Shown here: piece after piece, positions 56,809 through 64,000 of the stretch
How the letters are laid out: every line of letters begins with the position of its first letter
Numbering within the stretch: position 1 is the stretch's first letter
Assembly (NCBI GenBank): GCA_964393485.1
Contig: CAYMTW010000001.1
Location: 64,832 to 128,831, forward strand
Reading direction: 5' to 3'
DNA: 64,000 nt
Source: an uncultured Melioribacter sp.
GTDB taxonomy: Bacteria > Bacteroidota > Ignavibacteria > Kapaibacteriales > Kapaibacteriaceae
Notes under the pieces: model-generated
Told to the model about the DNA's origin: nothing
Databases searched by the model: none
The model's input: the letters and a program-made list of their open reading frames with translations, nothing else
Program-made: the position numbers and the translations under genes

Positions 56809-59109
56809 TTGCACGATGCCTGGTACCAATTCGTCGTGGCGCCGGGCTTGCAGGGGCAATGGTGGCGTACGCAACGCCCAACGAACTATCAACAATCAGC
56901 TTTGAACGTGAATATCAGCATCAAGAACCAGCTTCAGAGGTGCCTGCGCGACATTGCCGAAGCATCGAACATCACTGAGGCGAATGCCATCTTCCATGAT
57001 CGCAGTCATGGATGCGTTGACGATGGTGGCATCATCATTGACCGCGTTGCCGAGGTCCTTCGAGATGTCGGTATTGCTGTCAGCGTCCACGCTCCCAGCG
57101 GGCCATTACCACATCTTGCTCACGGAGTAATGTGGTCGGATGAACGTGGCGACCTGCATCATGCGCATCGAACTGGATCATCACAATACTCGGTTCACGA
57201 TTATGGCTCGGGCACTGATACGGTCTATACCTTAGCAGAGATACTCGATGTCGTCAAGGCACACCCGTGTGTTGTCGTTCCGACCGTAGCACGATCTTTC
57301 CTGAATATGAGCGGGCAGGCAGGACCGAGTCTTGGACAAGGTGATACGGCACCACTGTCTCCGTCCTATTCACCGTCTGTGAAGTTCCGCACTGTCTGGC
57401 CGTTGATGAAGAACATTATCTCATCAGAACGCCGTGACATTCTTATCGTCGTTGTCTATTCGATTTTTGTCAGCCTACTCGGACTGGTTGTACCGCTGAG
57501 CAGTCAGGCTATCGTCAATGCAGTGGCACTTGGCGTCTTCAGTCGTCAGCTGGTCGTCTTGTGCATCGTGGTATTCTTCTCGATGATCGTAACGGCGGTG
57601 ATGGTTGTTTTTGAACGTCAACTGATCGACATCATACAACGACGGCTGTTCGTTACCACAGCGTTTGACATTGTTCATCGCATCCCAAAGATCCGAGAGG
57701 ATGCCGTGCGTAATATGTATATCCCTGAACTAGTGAACCGCTTCTTCGACGTTATTACGGTACAAAAGGTCGTCGGCAAGTTTCTTCTCGAAGGTGTAGG
57801 AGCTCTCCTGATGCTCCTCACGGGGTTGCTTGTTCTGTTTCTTTACCATCCGTTCTTTCTCATCTATGATCTGATCTTCCTTGCATTCATACCCGTGCTA
57901 GTGTTCGTACTTGGTCGTGGCTCGCTTACAACAGCTCTTGGTGTTTCGAATGCGAAATACGATACAGCCGCTTGGCTAGAAGAGGTTGCGAGAAATCAAC
58001 GATCTATCAAACTAGATTCCGACCCCGAGTTCTCTCCCGGCCGGCTTGATGGCATTACAGTTAGATACGTTGACGCCAAGGCGCGCCACTACCGCATCAT
58101 TGCCCGCCAGATGCTGGGTTCATACATTTTCAAGGCGTTTGCCACAGTCGGCATTCTTGCTCTCGGCGGCATTCTAGTGCTCGAACAAGCGATTTCGTTG
58201 GGCCAACTCGTTGCGGCCGAGATCATCATCATTATGATCATCGGAGCCATTGAAAAGTTGCTGACCCAATTCGACGAGTTCTATGACTTTGCGGCAGCGC
58301 TCTACAAACTTCAATCGATTGGCAAGCTTGCATCAGAGAGGGCCGATGGTGACGTTGTGCCCAAATTGGTTGGAGGGGGCTCTATCGAGCTTGACTCCGT
58401 TTCTTTTACTGAGGGCACGTCCTCGGTCGTACGCAACGTCACACTACGCATCAATGCCGGGGAACGTGTCAGTATCGTTGGAGGCAGTGGCAGTGGCAAG
58501 TCCACCGTTGCCAAGCTCGTTCTCGGTCTGTTATTGCCTACGACTGGTCATGTTCGGGTAAACGGTATCGATACGAAGGTTGCTGACCTTCAGTCACTGA
58601 GATCACATGTAGGCTACCTTGACCCCGACGACTCTCTCATGCCTGGCACAGTGCACGACAACATAGCGTTGGGCCGTCGTGCGTCGGCATCTGACGTTGA
58701 CGAAGTGCTGAGACTCTGTCTCTTGGATCAAGAGGTGCGCAACCTCCCTCTCGGATTGCGGACAGAAATTGTTGCACTTGGGGCAAACCTGTCCTACAGC
58801 GTTCGGCGCAGGATCCTTCTTGCTCGCGTTCTTTTGAGTAGACCTTCTGTCGTCATTATTGACAGTGCGTTCCAAGGACTTGAAGACGGCCTCAAGATGC
58901 GTCTTGTAGAATCACTCATGGAGAATACCTCGACAACGGTAGTCAACATATCGTTTGATACGGATATCATCGCCATGACCAGTCAGGTTCACGTGCTTTC
59001 TTCAGGTGAACTTGTATGCTCTGGAACTCTCGAGGACGTCTTACGAAAGCGACCTGACCTTGGCAGCCTCCTAATCCGCCGTAAGCCCCTTTCCGGAGGA
59101 CAGCAATGA
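56809..59109 (+). CDS. ABC exporter-like protein (N-terminal C39-like domain + 6-TM domain + degenerate NBD)
   Basis: TMD at ~aa 205-490. The NBD has an intact Walker A (GGSGSGKST), but the Q-loop, signature (LSYSV), Walker B (VVIIDS) and H-loop are degenerate. Start is uncertain: TTG 56809, and the first in-frame ATG is codon 108. Confidence 0.75.
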   Translation: MHDAWYQFVVAPGLQGQWWRTQRPTNYQQSALNVNISIKNQLQRCLRDIAEASNITEANAIFHDRSHGCVDDGGIIIDRVAEVLRDVGIAVSVHAPSGPLPHLAHGVMWSDERGDLHHAHRTGSSQYSVHDYGSGTDTVYTLAEILDVVKAHPCVVVPTVARSFLNMSGQAGPSLGQGDTAPLSPSYSPSVKFRTVWPLMKNIISSERRDILIVVVYSIFVSLLGLVVPLSSQAIVNAVALGVFSRQLVVLCIVVFFSMIVTAVMVVFERQLIDIIQRRLFVTTAFDIVHRIPKIREDAVRNMYIPELVNRFFDVITVQKVVGKFLLEGVGALLMLLTGLLVLFLYHPFFLIYDLIFLAFIPVLVFVLGRGSLTTALGVSNAKYDTAAWLEEVARNQRSIKLDSDPEFSPGRLDGITVRYVDAKARHYRIIARQMLGSYIFKAFATVGILALGGILVLEQAISLGQLVAAEIIIIMIIGAIEKLLTQFDEFYDFAAALYKLQSIGKLASERADGDVVPKLVGGGSIELDSVSFTEGTSSVVRNVTLRINAGERVSIVGGSGSGKSTVAKLVLGLLLPTTGHVRVNGIDTKVADLQSLRSHVGYLDPDDSLMPGTVHDNIALGRRASASDVDEVLRLCLLDQEVRNLPLGLRTEIVALGANLSYSVRRRILLARVLLSRPSVVIIDSAFQGLEDGLKMRLVESLMENTSTTVVNISFDTDIIAMTSQVHVLSSGELVCSGTLEDVLRKRPDLGSLLIRRKPLSGGQQ

Positions 59110-60329
59110 GTAATGGTCGATTTACAATGGATCTGCTAGGCAGCCCTACCATTCACCGCCGTCTTACCGTTGTGCTGACGGTGATTCTTTTCGGATCGAT
59201 ACTGTTTCTCGTTTTCGTGCCCTGGCAGCAATCGGTTGTCGGAAGTGGTCGCGTGACGTCGTTCACGCCTCAGGCTCGTCCGCAGACTGTTGAAAGTGCC
59301 ATCAGCGGCAGGATTATGCGCTGGTATGTCAAGGAAGGTGATCGCGTCGAAAAAGGTGATACGATCGTTGTCCTCGCAGACATCAACGTGAATTTCATGG
59401 ATTCCGAGATGATCGAGCGCATGCGCCTGCTGCGCAACCGCACGTTTGCTGCACAGGAACAGTCGATCGCTTCTGCTCTGCAACGTCGCAAGCAAGCTGA
59501 GCAGCGCTACGAAGCATCCCGCGCTCGTTACGACAACACAAAGGTGGAGACCGAAACAGCGCGCATTCGTTCAAATCGGGCTGACACGCTCTTCCGACAG
59601 GACCTCGTCTCGCGTCGAGAATTGGAATCTGCACAGCTTTCCTTGCAGAAGGCAGTCGCGGACTCTGCATCTGCTATGGCTGGCTTGCTTGCAGCACGTC
59701 AGGACATTGAGATGTTTTCTGCTGAGGAGGAACGAATCATAAACCAGGCCTACTCAACGATGCATGAGATGGATATCCGTGTGGCTAACGCTGAGGGCCG
59801 TAAAGGGGCTGGCGTTGTCACAGCTCCCATCGGAGGTACAATCGTGCGGATTGAACGCTACGGTGAGGGTATGATGGTCAAGGAAGGCACTCCGCTGGCT
59901 TTGATCGTCCCTGCCGGTGATGACCGCGCCGTCGAACTTTATGTCGGAAGCATGGATGCGGCTCTTGTCGAGCCTGGACGTCTGGTCTCGCTGCAGTTCA
60001 GCGGCTTTCCCGCGTTCCAGTTCTCGGGCTGGCGAAACATTCAGGTGGGAGTATTCCACGGTCGTGTGAAAGTGGTCGATGCCACAGATGATGGAAGCGG
60101 AAGGTTTCGCGTGCTTGTCGTCCCTGCCGAAGGCGATCCATATGTTCAATGGCCTAGCAACCGATACCTTCGTCAGGGTACAGACGCCACAGGCTGGGTG
60201 TTACTTGACGAGGTTGCAATTGGCTATGAACTCTGGCGGCAGCTCATGGGCTTCCCTCCACAGTACCCCGTAGCAGAGACCAAGTCAGGTAAAGACAAAA
60301 AGTCCACTGAAGTCAAAGGTGAGAAATGA
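59106..60329 (+). CDS. HlyD family secretion (membrane fusion) protein
   Basis: Single TM LTVVLTVILFGSILFLVFV, lipoyl-like GRIMRWYVKEGDRVEKGDTIVVL, long coiled-coil; ATGA overlap with the ABC gene. Confidence 0.85.
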   Translation: MSNGRFTMDLLGSPTIHRRLTVVLTVILFGSILFLVFVPWQQSVVGSGRVTSFTPQARPQTVESAISGRIMRWYVKEGDRVEKGDTIVVLADINVNFMDSEMIERMRLLRNRTFAAQEQSIASALQRRKQAEQRYEASRARYDNTKVETETARIRSNRADTLFRQDLVSRRELESAQLSLQKAVADSASAMAGLLAARQDIEMFSAEEERIINQAYSTMHEMDIRVANAEGRKGAGVVTAPIGGTIVRIERYGEGMMVKEGTPLALIVPAGDDRAVELYVGSMDAALVEPGRLVSLQFSGFPAFQFSGWRNIQVGVFHGRVKVVDATDDGSGRFRVLVVPAEGDPYVQWPSNRYLRQGTDATGWVLLDEVAIGYELWRQLMGFPPQYPVAETKSGKDKKSTEVKGEK

Positions 60330-61708
60330 TCATGCAGCTGTTCCGGTTTCGGCTACTGCTGTTCATCACGGCCATGATTCCAGTGACCGCATGGTCACAG
60401 CGCAACACCCCCCTGCGCGAGTTTCTTTCACTTGTCGAACGGACTAACCCAGCACTTCGGGCAGCTTCACTCGAGCCTGATGTTGCCGATGCAGATCTGC
60501 AAGCCGCACTGGGTCGGTTCGATCCGTTCCTCGCCGTCAGTTACGAATCGAAATTCAAGAGCGGACAGGACAAGCTCACTGTTCTTGAGGGGGCGATCGA
60601 ACAGCCCCTTGACATGCTTTTCGGACCGAAGATCAAGGCTGCGTATCAACGTGGTTCTGGTCTGTCAATCAATCCGGAAGATCTTACGGCCGGTGCCGGA
60701 GAAGCATCCTTCGGTGTCAGCCTTCCATTGCTGCAAGGCGTCTTTACAGATTCACGACGCAATCAACTGAGAAAAGCTGAATTGCGTCCGGATGCCGCAA
60801 AGGCACAGTTTACGATCGAGCGTAATGCCCTTCTCCGCGCGGCTGCGATGCGATACCTTGACTGGAGCGAGGCCGTCGAGAATGTCTCCGTGGCTGACAC
60901 GCTGCTCAGTCTCTCGAGGCGTAGGCAGGATTTTATTATCCGGCGCTCGGTAAGTGGCGAGGCAGCGATGATCGATTCGACAGAAGGCTCTCAGGAGGTT
61001 CGTCGGCGTGAGGGAGAACGGCTTCGTGCCCTTCGAATCGCAGAGCAGATTGGCATCGAGATCAACGGTCTTGTGTTCAGCAATGGCCTACGCACCTTTG
61101 ATCGCACTATTGAGCAACCGGCAATCTTGACGGGCGTTGTAGATTCTGTGCGCTCGGTTCAGAATGCGGTCAGCATTGCCTTCTCCGCCCGTCCGGAACT
61201 GCGCCGCGCTCAGTTGACTCTTCAGGCTGCACGGCTTGATTCTGGGCTTGCACGCGAATTCATGCGACCGAATCTCGAGTTTGATGCCGGCCTTGTAGCT
61301 CTCAATGCCTCGACACCGGGTTCGCTGGACTACAAGTTCGGCCTGCGCATGCAGCAGCCGTTATTATTCCGGCAAGCGTCTGCCGGAGTTCAGACAACAT
61401 CAATTGCGGTTAACCGAGCGGAGTTTGCCCTGCAGCTTGCCGAACGAGTCGTTGAGGTGGATGTGCGAAATGCCCTGATCGCGTTGGAACGATCGATAGA
61501 ACGCCGTGTGATCGCCGAAGAAGAAGTTCGGCTGGCCCTGATTATGGTCAATGCCGAACAGCGCCGCTTTTCGGCCGGTGACGCTTCCCTACTGACGGTC
61601 AACCTCCGAGAGCGATTCTACGGCGAAGCGCTACAACGTCTGGTTTCGGCTAAGGCGGACGTTGAGCGGGCCAACATTGCCCTTCTGTGGGCGATGGGTG
61701 TTATCTGA
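60326..61708 (+). CDS. TolC family outer-membrane protein
   Basis: Signal peptide ...ITAMIPVTAWSQ and two OEP-type repeats; ATGA overlap with the HlyD gene. Confidence 0.85.
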   Translation: MIMQLFRFRLLLFITAMIPVTAWSQRNTPLREFLSLVERTNPALRAASLEPDVADADLQAALGRFDPFLAVSYESKFKSGQDKLTVLEGAIEQPLDMLFGPKIKAAYQRGSGLSINPEDLTAGAGEASFGVSLPLLQGVFTDSRRNQLRKAELRPDAAKAQFTIERNALLRAAAMRYLDWSEAVENVSVADTLLSLSRRRQDFIIRRSVSGEAAMIDSTEGSQEVRRREGERLRALRIAEQIGIEINGLVFSNGLRTFDRTIEQPAILTGVVDSVRSVQNAVSIAFSARPELRRAQLTLQAARLDSGLAREFMRPNLEFDAGLVALNASTPGSLDYKFGLRMQQPLLFRQASAGVQTTSIAVNRAEFALQLAERVVEVDVRNALIALERSIERRVIAEEEVRLALIMVNAEQRRFSAGDASLLTVNLRERFYGEALQRLVSAKADVERANIALLWAMGVI

Positions 61709-61714
61709 TTGGCG

Positions 61715-61722
61715 TATCTTTG
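61715..61722 (+). promoter_or_regulatory. Bacteroidota-type -7 promoter element TAnnTTTG upstream of etfB
   Basis: CGTATCTTTGC, the same 11-mer as upstream of queA; 44 nt separate the motif from ATG 61767. Confidence 0.45.
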
Positions 61723-61766
61723 CAGCCCCATTTTTCAGAACATTTCATGACATTTCCGAGCATACC

Positions 61767-62513
61767 ATGAACATTCTCGTGTGCATCAGTCAGGTGCCGG
61801 ATACGACTACCAAGGTGGCCGTTGGACCAGACGGTACATCGATTAATACCGCTGGGGTGAAGTTCATCCTCAACCCCTATGATGAGTTTGCCATTGAAGA
61901 AGGACTACGTCAACGGGAAAAGCACGGTGGAACGGTCACGGCGGTCTCTGTCGGGCCCGATTCCGTCAAGGAAGTTCTTCGGACGGCGCTGGCCATGGGA
62001 GTTGATACTGCCGTGCATGTTAAGGACGACCAGCGTACAGATTCCTACGTCGTGGCAAGCTCCATCGCCGACATGGCCCGTGAGTCTGCACCAGACCTTG
62101 TCATCTTCGGCCGTCAGTCCATCGACTTCGATTCCTTCCAGCTACCGTCGATGGTTGCCGAGCTACTGGGATGGGCCGATATCGCAATGGTCTCATCTCT
62201 TGCCATCGATGGTGGTACGATCAACGCTGAAAGCGATATCGAAGGTGGTAAGATGTCCGTCACGGCTTCGCTGCCATGCGTTATCAGCGCCCAGAAGGGG
62301 CTCAATGATCCGCGCTATCCCAAGCTCCCGGACATTATGAAGGCCAAATCAAAGCCGATCGCCGAGCGTGCCCCTGTAACCTCGGAGCCGCGCGTTGCGA
62401 CCGTTGCAATGAGCCTACCCGTAACCAAGCGCCTGAATAAGGTGCTGGGCGATTCTGACGCCGACCTGCAGGAACTTGTCCGCCTCCTCCACGAAGAAGC
62501 AAAGGTGATCTGA
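61767..62513 (+). CDS. etfB: electron transfer flavoprotein subunit beta
   Basis: MNILVCISQVPDTTTKV...NPYDEFAIEEGLR; 248 aa. Start set to ATG 61767; the ORF is open from 61662 and overlaps TolC. Confidence 0.95.
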   Translation: MNILVCISQVPDTTTKVAVGPDGTSINTAGVKFILNPYDEFAIEEGLRQREKHGGTVTAVSVGPDSVKEVLRTALAMGVDTAVHVKDDQRTDSYVVASSIADMARESAPDLVIFGRQSIDFDSFQLPSMVAELLGWADIAMVSSLAIDGGTINAESDIEGGKMSVTASLPCVISAQKGLNDPRYPKLPDIMKAKSKPIAERAPVTSEPRVATVAMSLPVTKRLNKVLGDSDADLQELVRLLHEEAKVI

Positions 62514-62515
62514 TC

Positions 62516-63481
62516 ATGAGTATCCTCGTTCTCCTCGAACCACAAGGCTCCGGCCTGAAGCGCACATCGTATGAGGCCATTACGGCGGCATTGGGCATCT
62601 CCAATGGTGCTGCCGTCTGCGGTGTGATTTTCAATGCAACACCGGAACAGATCACAACGGCAGGCTCCTACGGACTGACGCGTGTGTTTCACATTAGCGG
62701 CGACCACTGGTCGGCTCTTCCCAATGCTCACATGGCCGCTGCGGTGGCAGAAGTGGCAACGACAACCGGCTCCAACATTTTGATCCTCGGAGCAAATTCT
62801 ACCGGTAAGAACCTAGCACCACGCGTTGCCGTGCGGCTCTCGGCGGGATTACTTGCCGACTGCGTGGAGCTTCACGGAGATGCCTCATCCCTTGAAGCCA
62901 CACGTCCGGTCTATGCCGGCAAGGCAATGATCCGCGTTCGTTCAACCACGGCAACCACCGTGCTCACGTTGCGTCCAAACCTCTTCACAGCCAAGAACAT
63001 CGGTGGCGCAGAACCATCAATTGAAATCTTTACGCCGGCACCATCAAATTCGCCGTCTCTTGTCGTCACCGGGGTCTCCCGTAACGAGGGTCAACTTGAC
63101 GTCTCAGAGGCTGATATCATTGTTTCCGGCGGACGCGGACTCAAGGGGCCAGAGCACTTCAACTTGATCGAAGGACTAGCCCGTAGCCTCGGCGCTGCCG
63201 TCGGCGCTTCACGAGCTGTTGTTGATGCTGGCTGGCGACCTCACCGCGAACAAGTTGGACAAACGGGCAAAACCGTCAGCCCGACGATGTACGTGGCCTG
63301 CGGTATCAGCGGCGCAGTGCAGCACCTTGCTGGCATGTCTTCCAGTAAGATTATTGTCGCAATCAATAAAGACAAGGACGCCCCTATCTTTAGCGTTGCT
63401 GACTACGGTGTAATCGGCGATGTGTTTGAGGTGCTTCCGCGCCTAACGCCGGCAATATCCGCCGTCACCGGTAAGAGCTAA
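62516..63481 (+). CDS. etfA: electron transfer flavoprotein subunit alpha
   Basis: FAD-binding C-terminal signature YVACGISGAVQHLAGM...IVAINKDKDAPIF. Confidence 0.95.
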   Translation: MSILVLLEPQGSGLKRTSYEAITAALGISNGAAVCGVIFNATPEQITTAGSYGLTRVFHISGDHWSALPNAHMAAAVAEVATTTGSNILILGANSTGKNLAPRVAVRLSAGLLADCVELHGDASSLEATRPVYAGKAMIRVRSTTATTVLTLRPNLFTAKNIGGAEPSIEIFTPAPSNSPSLVVTGVSRNEGQLDVSEADIIVSGGRGLKGPEHFNLIEGLARSLGAAVGASRAVVDAGWRPHREQVGQTGKTVSPTMYVACGISGAVQHLAGMSSSKIIVAINKDKDAPIFSVADYGVIGDVFEVLPRLTPAISAVTGKS

Positions 63482-63493
63482 AGGACTTCGTAC

Positions 63494-64000
63494 ATGGGTA
63501 AGGTTCAGGTAGATATTCTAGGAATCTCCGTCAATCCCAATTCACAGCGCGCCTATGCCCTGCTGCTTCGGGAGATCGATGGCGATCGTCGTCTGCCAAT
63601 CATCATTGGCGAGGCTGAGGCACAAGCTATCGCCAACGAACTTGAAGGTGTACGTCCACAGCGCCCCATGACTCATGATCTCTTGAAAAATGTCATTGAA
63701 GCGCTGGGCTCCTCCGTCAGGGAGATTGTGATTTCCTCGATCAAGGATGGTACCTACTATGCATCGATCAACTTTGAGTATTCAGACGTAGAAGTTGACG
63801 CTCGTCCGAGCGATGCTATTGCACTTGCCGTTCGCTGCCAAGTACCGATGTACGTGGACGAGGATGTGATGAATGATGAGTCGATCAAGGCCAGCGAGAT
63901 CCGAGAGGTCGAAGATTCTCCTGAACAGAGCGAACTCCCGCTGGCCCCATCCGAGTCTATGACGCCTCGTGAGCGTCTCGAACAGGAGCTTGATCAGGCA
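63494..64000 (+). CDS. bifunctional nuclease (DUF151/BFN) family protein, 3' end outside window
   Basis: Hand translation gives MGKVQVDILGISVNPNSQRAYALLLREIDGDRRLPIIIGEAEAQAIA...RPMTHDLL...ARPSDAIALAVR. The frame stays open to base 64000 and is not in the ORF track. Confidence 0.8.
   Translation, partial: MGKVQVDILGISVNPNSQRAYALLLREIDGDRRLPIIIGEAEAQAIANELEGVRPQRPMTHDLLKNVIEALGSSVREIVISSIKDGTYYASINFEYSDVEVDARPSDAIALAVRCQVPMYVDEDVMNDESIKASEIREVEDSPEQSELPLAPSESMTPRERLEQELDQA

Noticed and set aside
59089-59103. Exact LSGGQ pentapeptide at the extreme C-terminus (…RRKPLSGGQQ*) of the ABC protein whose real signature position is degenerate
   Set aside because: It is striking but lies ~95 residues after the NBD signature position, in the region overlapping the next gene's start. 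I cannot distinguish chance from a relic and no functional model follows, so I note it only as a curiosity.
1-64000. Scan for CRISPR arrays, rRNA genes, IS/transposase or integrase genes, prophage modules, toxin-antitoxin pairs, reverse transcriptases and known defence-system signatures
   Set aside because: No regularly spaced direct repeats, rRNA-like sequence, or ORF with the corresponding catalytic motifs was recognised by eye. The longest non-coding gap is ~150 bp (53780-53931). Absence should be confirmed computationally.

Overview
Gene-dense, apparently chromosomal segment with about 55 CDS and one tRNA. Many genes have 1-16 nt stop/start overlaps. The organism is probably from the FCB group (Bacteroidota / Ignavibacteriota / Chlorobiota-like). 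I infer this from three proteins that end in type IX secretion (T9SS) C-terminal sorting domains and from four intergenic TAnnTTTG promoter -7 motifs.

The backbone is housekeeping: uvrA, uvrB, nth, queA, truA, rluE, rsmG, msrB, mrdA, etfBA, ccmCDEF, an M32 carboxypeptidase and tRNA-Thr(CGU). Envelope and surface modules are interspersed with it.

I saw no rRNA, CRISPR array, transposase, integrase, prophage or recognisable defence genes.

The stretches I consider most worth a second look are:
1. 7.4-19 kb: a 1450-aa vWA-WD40-multi-beta-sandwich T9SS cargo bracketed by two paralogous barrel + double-OmpA proteins. Both paralogues share a vicinal-cysteine motif. A GT4 gene and a second T9SS cargo follow.
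2. 56.8-61.7 kb: a T1SS-like ABC/HlyD/TolC operon whose only ABC protein has every catalytic NBD motif degenerate except Walker A.
3. 36.3-41.9 kb: a translationally coupled Wzz-like / Wzy-like / PBP2 / orphan solute-binding lipoprotein operon.
4. 19.5-24.2 kb: a variant System I cytochrome c maturation cluster. It has a Cys-type CcmE, a truncated CcmE paralogue lacking the heme-binding motif, and a small ccmD that is absent from the ORF track.

All calls come from by-eye motif and architecture recognition. No database search, HMM scan, structure prediction or statistics were run. Family names are recollections that need confirmation.
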